From contig JBJEME010000055.1 of NCBI GenBank assembly GCA_051879515.1, positions 1,961-65,960 on the forward strand: a stretch of 64,000 bases of DNA, read 5' to 3'. Every line of letters starts with the position of its first letter. Positions within the stretch are counted from its first letter, which is position 1. The stretch comes from Lachnospira sp. (GTDB lineage Bacteria > Bacillota > Clostridia > Lachnospirales > Lachnospiraceae). Made by a program: the position numbers and the translations under genes. Positions 11,270-20,871 of the stretch are shown piece after piece. The notes below the pieces were generated by a model that worked only from the letters and a program-made list of their open reading frames with translations, was not told the DNA's origin and ran no database searches.

Positions 11270-12001
11270 ATGGAAAGACCTTATATTACCTGTCATATGA
11301 TGGTGTCATTGGATGGAAAAATTATCGGAGATTATATGGTTACGGAGGTTGCAGAAAAAATTAATTCAGAGTATGAACGGATACATGATGAATTTCAGGC
11401 TGATGCGTGGATGTGTGGTAGAGTGACAATGGATGATAACTTTACTTTTTATGAAGAGCCTGAACTGCCACATATTACGGAAAGGATACCTCATACAGAT
11501 TATATTGCGCAAAAGGATGCAGGCAGTTATGTGATAGCGGTTGACCCGTCCGGCAGGCTTGGATGGAAGGAGGACAATATTCACGGATATGCCAAAAGAC
11601 CGCCGGCACATATTGTTGAAGTCCTAACAGAACGGGCATCAGATGGATACCTTGCTTATCTGCAAGAATTAGGAATCTCATACATTTTTGCAGGTAAGGA
11701 GCATGTTGATTGTGAACTTCTTGTATATAAACTCAAAGAATTATTTGAAATCAAACGGCTACTGTTGGAAGGCGGAGGTTTCTTAAACGGTTCGTTTATG
11801 GTTGCAGGATTGATTGATGAGCTTAGTCTTGTGGTTGTACCCATAGCAGACGGGGATTCAGATACAGTAACGCTCTTTGAGAAGGCTGATTACATAGAAA
11901 AAGGTATTCCAATGGAGTTTCAGTTGGAAAATGTGAATCGTTTGGGCGAGAGCGGTCTCTGGCTTCAATATAAAACAAAGAAAAACCAATTAGGAGGTTA
12001 A
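11270..12001 (+). CDS. RibD C-terminal / dihydrofolate reductase-like oxidoreductase
   Basis: HMMVSLDGKI, LLEGGGFLNGSFM, GLIDELSLVVVP. Confidence 0.85.
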   Translation: MERPYITCHMMVSLDGKIIGDYMVTEVAEKINSEYERIHDEFQADAWMCGRVTMDDNFTFYEEPELPHITERIPHTDYIAQKDAGSYVIAVDPSGRLGWKEDNIHGYAKRPPAHIVEVLTERASDGYLAYLQELGISYIFAGKEHVDCELLVYKLKELFEIKRLLLEGGGFLNGSFMVAGLIDELSLVVVPIADGDSDTVTLFEKADYIEKGIPMEFQLENVNRLGESGLWLQYKTKKNQLGG

Positions 12002-12005
12002 GAAA

Positions 12006-12779
12006 ATGAAGAGGATAGCAGCTCTTATGATGTCACTTCTACTGATGTGCACTCTGGCTGCTTGCAGTAGTCGAGGGAAGCAATCGGAAAGCAGTGTACC
12101 TATATCTGATACAGAAATACCTACTTCAACGGAAAAAACAGAACCTTCCGACAAAGAAAGTACAGAGCCATATGAAACAGAAAGCTCTCAAGAAAATTTG
12201 GAAACTGCGACAAACAGCAATATTCTGATCGTTTATTTTTCCCGCTATGGTAATACGGATTATCCCGATGATGTGGATGCCACTACTTCTGCCAGCATTG
12301 TGGCAGAAGGAAATGAGCGATATGGGACAACAGAATATGTCGCATATCTAATTCAGCAGACAGTAGGAGGTGATGTTCATAGGATTGAAACTGTTACTCA
12401 CTATACGGCAGATTTCGATGAACTGCGGGATGTGAATCACGAGGAAATGCAGCAGGGATTCTTGCCGGAATTGAAAGAAAGCAATCTGGATATTTCAACT
12501 TATGATACGGTGTTTATCGGATATCCGGTATGGGCGACCAGCGTACCGCAGGCGGTTCTGTCTTTTTTGGAGCAGTATGACCTGTCCGGGAAAACAGTTA
12601 TTCCGTTTTGCACTCATGATGGTTATGGTGCAGGAAGTAGTTTTAAGGTGATTGCTGATGCCAGTCATGCAACAGTGTCACCGGAAGGTATTGCAATAGA
12701 AGCAAAAGATGTACCTACAGCACAAAATACTGTAGCTGATTGGCTTACAGATATTGGTATTTCCAGTACTCAGGATTAA
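12006..12779 (+). CDS. Lipoprotein flavodoxin (C-terminal domain probably lost)
   Basis: Lipobox LAAC, ILIVYFSR, VFIGYPVW, PFCTHDGYG. Confidence 0.87.
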   Translation: MKRIAALMMSLLLMCTLAACSSRGKQSESSVPISDTEIPTSTEKTEPSDKESTEPYETESSQENLETATNSNILIVYFSRYGNTDYPDDVDATTSASIVAEGNERYGTTEYVAYLIQQTVGGDVHRIETVTHYTADFDELRDVNHEEMQQGFLPELKESNLDISTYDTVFIGYPVWATSVPQAVLSFLEQYDLSGKTVIPFCTHDGYGAGSSFKVIADASHATVSPEGIAIEAKDVPTAQNTVADWLTDIGISSTQD

Positions 12780-12883
12780 ACCGTTGGAAGAGTCACTCCC
12801 AATCTTTCTGTGATTAATGATCTTGATAGCACGGAAGATATTACATTTTCATTAGTACAATAATAAATTTGGAGGAAATTATT

Positions 12884-13618
12884 ATGAAAAAAACAATCGC
12901 TATTTTACTTTCTTTATTCATGATTTTGTGCCTTGCGGCTTGCGGCAATTCTGCAAGTAGTACGGATCAGTCTTCAGTGGAAGATGATGGTGTAGAAAAC
13001 AATATAAGTAATGGTGTATCGACAGATAATGATGATACATTAACAGAAAGTAGCAATTCGGACAATATGGAAAGCGAGGCAGTGTCCGAATCACAGGTGG
13101 AGGAAACAGAAACTCCAAATGTGCAGGAAACCAAAGTTTTAGTGGCTTATTTTTCTGCTACCAACACAACGGAAGGTGTAGCAGAACATATTGCAAATGG
13201 TCTGGATGCTGATCTTTACGAGATTATTCCTGAAGATCCCTACACAGATGCTGATCTTAATTACAATGATAACAACAGCCGAACTACGATTGAAATGAAT
13301 GATCCCAATGCCCGTCCGGCAATCTCAGGTTCCGTAGAGAACATGGAACAGTATGATATTGTGTTTATTGGTTATCCAATCTGGTGGGGAGAAGCACCAA
13401 GAATTGTCAGCACTTTTATGGAAAGCTACGATTTTTCCGGTAAGACAATAGTTCCGTTCTGCACCTCCGCCAGTAGTGGCATAGGTTCTAGCGCAACAAA
13501 TCTGGAACGGCTTACGAGCGGTGCTACATGGCTTTCCGGTCAGCGTTTGAACGGAAGCGATTCTCAGGATACAGTTATGGAATGGGTAAACAGCCTTGGT
13601 TTGGACTTTGGAGAATAG
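12884..13618 (+). CDS. Lipoprotein flavodoxin
   Basis: Lipobox LAAC, S/D/E/N-rich linker, VLVAYFSATNTT, FIGYPIWW, PFCTSASSG. Start at ATG 12884. Confidence 0.88.
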   Translation: MKKTIAILLSLFMILCLAACGNSASSTDQSSVEDDGVENNISNGVSTDNDDTLTESSNSDNMESEAVSESQVEETETPNVQETKVLVAYFSATNTTEGVAEHIANGLDADLYEIIPEDPYTDADLNYNDNNSRTTIEMNDPNARPAISGSVENMEQYDIVFIGYPIWWGEAPRIVSTFMESYDFSGKTIVPFCTSASSGIGSSATNLERLTSGATWLSGQRLNGSDSQDTVMEWVNSLGLDFGE

Positions 13619-13649
13619 TTAGGTAAAACAGATCCAAGGAGATGATTAT

Positions 13650-14435
13650 ATGAAAAAATTACTTGTATTTATGATTTCTCTCATGCTGGTAGTTTCTCTG
13701 GCTGCTTGTTCTAATATGCAGCAGGACACAAATTCCGAAAATGCATCGAGCGAAGAAACTGAACAGGCAACAGAATCCGTCCCCATAGAAACCACGGAAT
13801 CGGATATTTCGCAGGGAGAGGATAATGTGGATTTTTCCAATACTGATACCACTCCTTCAGAGGCGGAAGAAGGGGAGGGCAGCAATATCCTGATTGCTTA
13901 TTTTACCTACGGTGAAAATGCGGAGCTTCCGGATGATGTGGATGCTTCCTCAACCGCCAGTATCCAGATATTAAACGGTAAAGTTACAGGAAATACCGGT
14001 GTAATGGCACACATGATTGCGGAGGCTTCCGGCGGAGAACTGTTCTCCATTCGGACAGTTGAGCCTTATCCTGATAATTATAATGATACCGTTGATGCCG
14101 GGGAAGCTGAAAAGAATAATAATATCCGTCCAGAAATAGCTACGCATATCGAGAATCTGGAACAATACGAAACGGTTTTTGTTGGATTTCCTAATTGGTG
14201 GTATGGCATGCCTATGGTAATGTACAGTTTCTTTGATGAGTACGATTTTAGCGGGAAAAATATTATTCCTTTTTGTACTTCCGGTGGCAGTGCATTTTCA
14301 GATGCAATTGATGAAATAAAGGAAATGGAGCCAGATGCAACAGTTCTAAATGGACTTCATATCGGTGGTTCCAGTGTATCCGATGCGAAAAGCAGAGTGA
14401 ATGAGTGGGTGGAGGAACTCGGCTTATCAAAATAA
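13650..14435 (+). CDS. Lipoprotein flavodoxin
   Basis: Lipobox LAAC, ILIAYFTY...GNT, FVGFPNWW, PFCTSGGS. Confidence 0.88.
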   Translation: MKKLLVFMISLMLVVSLAACSNMQQDTNSENASSEETEQATESVPIETTESDISQGEDNVDFSNTDTTPSEAEEGEGSNILIAYFTYGENAELPDDVDASSTASIQILNGKVTGNTGVMAHMIAEASGGELFSIRTVEPYPDNYNDTVDAGEAEKNNNIRPEIATHIENLEQYETVFVGFPNWWYGMPMVMYSFFDEYDFSGKNIIPFCTSGGSAFSDAIDEIKEMEPDATVLNGLHIGGSSVSDAKSRVNEWVEELGLSK

Positions 14436-14455
14436 TGCGAAAGGACAAATAACTC

Positions 14456-15169
14456 ATGAAACTTAAAATGAAAATAAAAATAGGAATTGATTTTCTGATG
14501 ACAGTGTTGTTGCTTTGTCTGATGGCGTATCAAATCACTGGGCAGGAGTTACATGAGTGGTTTGGTACCGGGATGCTTGTACTGTTCATCGCACACAACG
14601 TTCTAAATATCAGGTGGTACAGTAGCTTATTAAAAGGAAAATATATGCCGTTTCGTATCGTGCAGACAATTGTCAATTTTGGTGTCCTAATTTCCATCCT
14701 TTGTCTTGGATACAGCGGAATTGTTATGTCACGTCATGTATTTTCTGCACTGCCCTTTAGAGGACCGATGGCAACAGCGAGAAGTATGCACATGTCAGTC
14801 TCTTATTGGGGGTTTGTATTAATGAGCATTCATTTGGGCATGCACTGGGGACAGATTATGGGAGTGTTTCGAAGAATATTCGCAGGTAAGAAGATGCATG
14901 GAATATTTGCATGGGGATTACGGCTGGTGGCGATGGCAATAGCAGGATATGGATTAGTTTGCTTCACCCGGAAGGATATTGTTTCGTATATGTTCCTCAA
15001 AAAACAATTTGTATTTTTCGATTTTGAACAAAATGCCTTGTCCGTATTCTGTGAGTATATAGTCATGATGGTTTTTTGGGCATTTGTCAGCTATTACATC
15101 ACTAGAGGAATCGGAAAGATTTTCACTTTGAAATACAAAAGGAAGGAGACAAATCATGAAGAAATTTAG
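14456..15169 (+). CDS. DUF4405-like membrane protein (putative diheme cytochrome b)
   Basis: Several TM helices, LHEWFG motif, His33/His47 and His112/His126 each spaced by 14, plus His130. Confidence 0.75.
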   Translation: MKLKMKIKIGIDFLMTVLLLCLMAYQITGQELHEWFGTGMLVLFIAHNVLNIRWYSSLLKGKYMPFRIVQTIVNFGVLISILCLGYSGIVMSRHVFSALPFRGPMATARSMHMSVSYWGFVLMSIHLGMHWGQIMGVFRRIFAGKKMHGIFAWGLRLVAMAIAGYGLVCFTRKDIVSYMFLKKQFVFFDFEQNALSVFCEYIVMMVFWAFVSYYITRGIGKIFTLKYKRKETNHEEI

Positions 15170-16640
15170 TGCTCTTTTAATAGCAGCAGCAATGCTTATT
15201 ACATTGTGTTCCTGCGGCAACAATGCTACTGAACCGCAAAATGTTTTTTCAACCGAAAGTTTAACCGAAAGCAACTCGGAACAGACAGATACTGCAAGTG
15301 AACCGGAAATAAATCAGACTGTAAGCAATATACCCGAGGATTTTGTTCTGATTTCGGGAGGAACTTTCCAAATGGGCAGCCCGGAGGAAGAAGCATGGCG
15401 CTCAGAGGATGAAACCCAGCATACTGTAACAGTCAGTGATTTCTATATGAGTATTTATGAGCTTACCCAGGCAGAATATCAAGAAGTTATGGGGGAGAAT
15501 CCGTCCAGTTTTTCCGGGGGTGATTTGCCCGTGGAAAATATTTCCTGGCTGGATGCCATACGCTATTGCAATGCCAGAAGTGAACAGGAAGGCTTAACAC
15601 CGGCTTATAAGATAGATGAACAAAATGTAACATGGGATCGCAGTGCAGATGGTTATCGGCTTCCTACCGAAGCGGAATGGGAATATGCCTGCCGTGCAGG
15701 AACTACGACACCATTCAATACAGAAACCTCCATCAGTGCTGAAGAATGTAATTATTTTGGACATTACCCTTATGAAATTGAGGACAATTATTTTTCTCAG
15801 GGGAATCTGGAGACTAAGCCCGGGGAGTATCGCCAAACCACTGTTGCAGTCGATAGTTTTTCTCCAAATAAGTGGGGAATTTACAATATGCACGGCAATG
15901 TCGGTGAATGGGTCTGGGATTATTATGGAGCCTATGGCACAGAAGAACAAACCAATCCAACCGGTGCTGAAACGGGAACGCTGCGAGTATATCGTGGTGG
16001 CGGTTGGAACGATTTTGCAAAAAATATGCGTAGTGCTTATCGCGCAACACTGGCAGAAAATAAAGGCAGTTTCAATATAGGAATTCGATTAGTGCGAAAC
16101 GCTGTAAGTGGTAGCGGAAGTGTTGTCAGTGCGGATATGCAAAACAAAGCAAATACTGATGGAAAGGTCTTAATTGCTTTCTTCTCATGGGGTGGAAACA
16201 CCAAAGGAATTGCAGAGGAAATACAATCACAGACTGGTGCGGATTTATTTGAAATCGAACTGGTGCATCCTTATTCGACAGATTATAACACAGTATTGGA
16301 TGAAGCACAGCGGGATCAGAATGAGCAGGCGCGTCCTGAACTTGCCACTCATGTAGAGAATATGGATGAGTATGAAATAATTCTTCTGGGATATCCAAAC
16401 TGGTGGGCATCTATCCCAATGCCGATTGCGTCATTCTTGGAAGAATATGATTTTTCCGGAAAGACAATTATTCCATTCTGTTCTCATGGAGGAGGCAGAT
16501 TCGGGCAGAGTCTGACAGCGATTACGAAGTTGGCACCTGATTCCATCATGGGAGAAGCACTTGCTGTTAGTTACTCTGGTGGCAGTACTCTGCCTGATGA
16601 CATAACAGAATGGTTGAAAACAAACGGAATAATTGAATAA
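15156..16640 (+). CDS. Lipoprotein: FGE-sulfatase (SUMF1-like) domain fused to flavodoxin
   Basis: Lipobox LCSC; GGTFQMGS, PVENISW, YRLPTEAEWEYACR, MHGNVGEW, RGGGW, GIRL; then VLIAFFSWGGNT...GYPNWW...PFCSHGGG. Confidence 0.88.
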   Translation: MKKFSALLIAAAMLITLCSCGNNATEPQNVFSTESLTESNSEQTDTASEPEINQTVSNIPEDFVLISGGTFQMGSPEEEAWRSEDETQHTVTVSDFYMSIYELTQAEYQEVMGENPSSFSGGDLPVENISWLDAIRYCNARSEQEGLTPAYKIDEQNVTWDRSADGYRLPTEAEWEYACRAGTTTPFNTETSISAEECNYFGHYPYEIEDNYFSQGNLETKPGEYRQTTVAVDSFSPNKWGIYNMHGNVGEWVWDYYGAYGTEEQTNPTGAETGTLRVYRGGGWNDFAKNMRSAYRATLAENKGSFNIGIRLVRNAVSGSGSVVSADMQNKANTDGKVLIAFFSWGGNTKGIAEEIQSQTGADLFEIELVHPYSTDYNTVLDEAQRDQNEQARPELATHVENMDEYEIILLGYPNWWASIPMPIASFLEEYDFSGKTIIPFCSHGGGRFGQSLTAITKLAPDSIMGEALAVSYSGGSTLPDDITEWLKTNGIIE

Positions 16641-16668
16641 ATAGATAAATGTCAAGGGAGGAAAAGGC

Positions 16669-18012
16669 ATGGATCAGCAAACAGCTCTGTTTTCAAATAA
16701 GAGCTTGAGGGCAATGATTATTCCCCTGTTTTTAGAACAGTTGTTGGTGATGCTTGTGGGACTGGCAGATACACTTATTGTAAGCTACGCCGGAGAAGCA
16801 GCAGTATCCGGGGTTTCACTGGTGAACCAGTTTAATACTATTTTCATTTATCTGTTTACAGCTTTGGCTTCCGGCGGAGCCGTTGTAATTAGTCAGTATA
16901 TCGGAAAGAAGGCAAATGAAGATGCCGGGGAGTCTGCAAGTCAGCTATTGTCCTTTTCTACAGTGTTTTCTTTGTTGGTAGCAGTACTGGTACTGATAGG
17001 AAATGAAACAATGCTTCGTTTGCTGTTTGGGAAAGTAGAGAAAGATGTCATGCAGGCTTGCATTACATACTTGAGAATTTCTGCTTACTCCTATCCGGCA
17101 CTTGCAATTTATAATTCCGGTGCAGCATTGTTCCGGAGTATTGGCAAGACCAGTATAACGATGTATTTGTCCCTAGCATCCAATATTATCAATATTATCG
17201 GAAATGTAATTGGTGTATTTGTTTTAAAGGCAGGTGTGGCTGGTGTAGCATATCCTTCTCTAATTGCCCGAATCTTTTCGGCAGTTGTGATTACGTTGCT
17301 TTGCTTTCATAAGAAGTATCAAGTCGTGTATAGAAGCAAATGGATTTTTCGGTGGAATGGAAGTCTTATGAAACACATACTGAACATCGCCATTCTGAAT
17401 GGATTGGAGAACGGTGTTTTTCAGTTGGTAAAGGTAGCTTTGAGCAGTATTGTAGCACTTTTTGGTACTTATCAGATTGCGGCAAACGGTGTGGCGCAAA
17501 GCATCTGGTCACTGGCGGCTTTGGCTGGTGTTTCCATGGGACCGGTATTTATCACGGTAATTGGGCAGTGCATGGGAAATGGGGATGCCAGGGCGGCAGA
17601 TGATTATTTTAAGAAATTGACAAGGATAACCCTTCTGATTTCATCCGCATGGAATCTGCTGGTATTTTTGTTGACCCCGACTTTTCTTAAATTTTATGCC
17701 TTGGAACCAGAAACAAAACAGCTAGTTATATGGCTAGTGCTGATTCATAATGTGTTTAACGCTGTTGCATTTCCATTTTCCGGTGCTCTCAGCAATGGGC
17801 TTCGGGCGGCAGGAGATGTGAAGTTTACCATGTATGTATCTGTCATATCCACCATTGCAGTGCGCTTAATTCTATCTTATCTTTTAGGAATTACGCTGCA
17901 AATGGGGGTCATTGGCATTGCGATTGCTATGGTTTGTGACTGGCTGATTCGGGCTGTGATTTTCTTCTGGAGACAGAAATCAGGGAAGTGGAAAAAATTC
18001 CAGGTAATCTAG
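16669..18012 (+). CDS. MATE family efflux transporter
   Basis: About 12 TM segments, GLADTLIVSYAGEAAVSGVSL, RAAGD. Confidence 0.93.
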   Translation: MDQQTALFSNKSLRAMIIPLFLEQLLVMLVGLADTLIVSYAGEAAVSGVSLVNQFNTIFIYLFTALASGGAVVISQYIGKKANEDAGESASQLLSFSTVFSLLVAVLVLIGNETMLRLLFGKVEKDVMQACITYLRISAYSYPALAIYNSGAALFRSIGKTSITMYLSLASNIINIIGNVIGVFVLKAGVAGVAYPSLIARIFSAVVITLLCFHKKYQVVYRSKWIFRWNGSLMKHILNIAILNGLENGVFQLVKVALSSIVALFGTYQIAANGVAQSIWSLAALAGVSMGPVFITVIGQCMGNGDARAADDYFKKLTRITLLISSAWNLLVFLLTPTFLKFYALEPETKQLVIWLVLIHNVFNAVAFPFSGALSNGLRAAGDVKFTMYVSVISTIAVRLILSYLLGITLQMGVIGIAIAMVCDWLIRAVIFFWRQKSGKWKKFQVI

Positions 18013-18039
18013 GCAGATAAATTGAAAAGGAGATGTTTA

Positions 18040-18444
18040 ATGAAAACACATGCATTTCAACAAATTTTCCCATTAGGGGAGAAAAATGATGCGTATGCCC
18101 AATTCTTTGTTGGGCAAAGCTATTTGAAGATGTTGACGACGGAGCGTGTCAGCATTGCAAACGTAACTTTTGAGCCAGGTTGCCGCAACAACTGGCATAT
18201 TCACCATAAAGGCGGACAGATTTTACTCTGCACCGCCGGACGTGGATATTATCAGGAATGGGGCAAGCCTGCACAGGAATTGAAACCGGGAGATGTGGTG
18301 AATATTCCACCGGAGGTGAAGCATTGGCATGGGGCAGCTCCAGACAGTTGGTTTTCCCATCTGGCAATTGAGGTTCCTGTAGTAGATGCATCAAATGAAT
18401 GGCTGGAAGAAGTCGATGCACAGGAATATGAAAAGTTAAAATAG
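18040..18444 (+). CDS. Cupin domain protein
   Basis: FEPGCRNNWHIHH...GQIL, PGDVVNIPPEVKHWHGA. Start at ATG 18040. Confidence 0.92.
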   Translation: MKTHAFQQIFPLGEKNDAYAQFFVGQSYLKMLTTERVSIANVTFEPGCRNNWHIHHKGGQILLCTAGRGYYQEWGKPAQELKPGDVVNIPPEVKHWHGAAPDSWFSHLAIEVPVVDASNEWLEEVDAQEYEKLK

Positions 18445-18456
18445 GAGGATTCAAAT

Positions 18457-19629
18457 ATGAGTTTCACAATTTTTATGCCAACAAAATGGATTTTTGGTGC
18501 GGGAGTATTGAGCGAACTGAGTAAACAGCCTCTTCCGGGGAAGAAGGCAATGCTTGTCACATCGAATGGAAAATCGACAAAAGAAACCGGTTCACTTTAT
18601 CGGGTCATCGAGCAACTCGCAAAATGTGGGGTCGAAAGTTTGATTTTTGATAAAATCGAAGCAAACCCTTTGAAAAAAACGGTTATGGATGGTGCGGCTT
18701 TCGCAAAATCAAGCGGTTGTGACTTTATTGTGGCACTGGGTGGTGGAAGTGTTATGGATGCGTCAAAAGCAATTGCAGCTATGGCTACGAATAGCGGAGA
18801 TTTATGGGACTATATTTGCGGTGGTACAGGAAAGGGACATCCGCTGACTGAACAGCCTTTGCCGGTTGTCGCGATTACAACTACAGCAGGAACCGGAAGT
18901 GAGGTTGATCAATGGGGTGTCGTCTCCAATGATGAAACCAATGAGAAGATTGGTTTTGGCGGCTATGACTCTCTGTTTCCTGTACTGTCCATTGTTGATC
19001 CGGAACTGATGGCTACCGTACCGCCGATGTTTACAGCTTTTCAGGGCTTTGATGCACTGTTTCACAGTACAGAAGTGTACATATCCAAATTTGCTAATCC
19101 ATTCTCTGACATGGTGGCATTGACAGCTATTGAGTACATTGCAAAAAATCTTGCTAATGCTGTGAACGATGGAGCAGATATGACGGCTCGTGAAAAAGTA
19201 GCCTTTGGTAATACGCTTTCCGGTTATTCCATGGTAACAGGAGCTTGTACCAGCGAGCATGCGATGGAACATGCCATGAGTGCATATCATCACGATTTGC
19301 CCCACGGTGCCGGATTGATTATGATTTCTAAAGCCTACTATCAGCATTTTGTGGATCTGCATGTCTGTGACGACCGTTTTATCAAGATGGCACAGGTGAT
19401 GGGGATGCCGGAAGCTTCTAAAGCACAAGATTTCATTACAATGCTGGATAAGTTACAAAAAGATTGCGGTGTGGATAATCTGAAAATGTCGGATTATCAG
19501 TTTGAGCAAGATGAATTTAGGACTCTTGCGCAGAATGCAAGAGCGACAATGGGCGGTTTGTTTGCCTCTGATCCGGTGGAACTGTCTGACGATGACTGTG
19601 TAAAAATATTTGAGAGATCCTATCGGTAG
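18457..19629 (+). CDS. Iron-containing alcohol dehydrogenase
   Basis: ALGGGSVMDASK, TTAGTGSE, DALFH, EHAMEH, PHGAG. Confidence 0.94.
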   Translation: MSFTIFMPTKWIFGAGVLSELSKQPLPGKKAMLVTSNGKSTKETGSLYRVIEQLAKCGVESLIFDKIEANPLKKTVMDGAAFAKSSGCDFIVALGGGSVMDASKAIAAMATNSGDLWDYICGGTGKGHPLTEQPLPVVAITTTAGTGSEVDQWGVVSNDETNEKIGFGGYDSLFPVLSIVDPELMATVPPMFTAFQGFDALFHSTEVYISKFANPFSDMVALTAIEYIAKNLANAVNDGADMTAREKVAFGNTLSGYSMVTGACTSEHAMEHAMSAYHHDLPHGAGLIMISKAYYQHFVDLHVCDDRFIKMAQVMGMPEASKAQDFITMLDKLQKDCGVDNLKMSDYQFEQDEFRTLAQNARATMGGLFASDPVELSDDDCVKIFERSYR

Positions 19630-19641
19630 AGGTTGGCGTAT

Positions 19642-20829
19642 ATGAAAGCGTTTTTAAAGAGGAAAGCATATTGTTTGGGTTGTATTGTGGTAATAGTGAT
19701 ATGTTTAACAGCAGTTTGTCTGTTCAGTTCTTTATTGCATCATTCAAATAATATCAGCCAAAAGGAAACAACAACAGAACTGTTTGCTATGGATACATAT
19801 ATTACCATGACTGCCTATGGCGAGGATGCTGGAAAGGCTCTGTCTGAGGTGGAATACAAACTAACGGAGTTAGAAAAGCTATGGTCTGTGACAGATTCTG
19901 AAAGCGATATTTATGCTGTTAACCACAACAATGGGCAGGCTACCATGGTGAGCGAAGAAACAGAGGTATTGCTTTCCTTTGTTTTGCAAATGTCAGAGGA
20001 GACGAATGGTGCTTTGGACCCAACGATTTATCCTGTTTTGACTGCATGGGGGTTTACTACAGATGAAAAACGTATTCCATCTGATACTGAGATTACTGAT
20101 TTATTGAGATATGTGGGTTATCAGCATGTCAAATTGGAGGACAGAAATGTCTTGTTAGCTGAGGGCATGATGCTGGATATTGGTGCAGTTGGCAAGGGCT
20201 ATGCTAGTGACCTTGCAGCTCAGATACTGCGAGATAACGGCATTAACTCAGCTTTGCTGGATTTTGGCGGTAATATTCAGACAGTTGGAGAAAAGCCAGA
20301 TGGAAGTCCATGGCGGATTGGTGTTCGAGATCCGCTTTCCAGTGACACATTGGGTGTTTTGGAAATCAGTAACATGGCTGTTGTGACTTCTGGCAATTAT
20401 GAGAGATACTTTATTGGTGAAGATGGCAAACAGTATGGTCACATTATCGACCCTGTTACTTGTTATCCGGTTGAAAATGGTCTCGCTTCTGTTACCGTGA
20501 TTTCTGAGGAAGGACGTTTGTGTGATGCGCTGTCTACTTCACTTTTTGTTATGGGACTTGATAATGCTATCGAATACTGGAAAGAACATCAGAATTTTGA
20601 AATGATTCTGATTACGGACAATAGAGAAATCTATTTGACAGATGGTATTAAAGATGTGTTTTCACTGGATATAAAGCAATTTTTTAGAACAATAAAATTG
20701 ATTGATGTAGCTATAGTGGTCATACTGCTAATTGCTCTGGGATTAGCTGGATATGTACAAATGGAGAAAACAAAGGAAATGGGTGATACTTCTGTTCTAT
20801 ATACTGTGGAAGAGTATAAAGCAAAATGA
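19642..20829 (+). CDS. apbE: FAD:protein FMN transferase (ApbE), N-terminally membrane-anchored, with an atypical C-terminal tail
   Basis: FAMDT, ALDPTI, LDIGAVGKGY, DFGGNI, VTSGNYERY, HIIDP, CDALSTSLF. Confidence 0.9.
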   Translation: MKAFLKRKAYCLGCIVVIVICLTAVCLFSSLLHHSNNISQKETTTELFAMDTYITMTAYGEDAGKALSEVEYKLTELEKLWSVTDSESDIYAVNHNNGQATMVSEETEVLLSFVLQMSEETNGALDPTIYPVLTAWGFTTDEKRIPSDTEITDLLRYVGYQHVKLEDRNVLLAEGMMLDIGAVGKGYASDLAAQILRDNGINSALLDFGGNIQTVGEKPDGSPWRIGVRDPLSSDTLGVLEISNMAVVTSGNYERYFIGEDGKQYGHIIDPVTCYPVENGLASVTVISEEGRLCDALSTSLFVMGLDNAIEYWKEHQNFEMILITDNREIYLTDGIKDVFSLDIKQFFRTIKLIDVAIVVILLIALGLAGYVQMEKTKEMGDTSVLYTVEEYKAK

Positions 20830-20871
20830 TTTTGAAACAGCTGGAACCTAAGTAGACGGGGAGAAAAATAT

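Noticed and set aside
11270-12001. Riboflavin biosynthesis gene ribD supplying flavin to the island
   Set aside because: Only the reductase-like domain is present; there is no deaminase domain, other rib genes or FMN riboswitch.
15156-16100. FGE/C-type-lectin fold as a possible diversity-generating retroelement target
   Set aside because: There is no reverse transcriptase and no second (template) copy of the 3' region in the window, and the domain is internal to a fusion.
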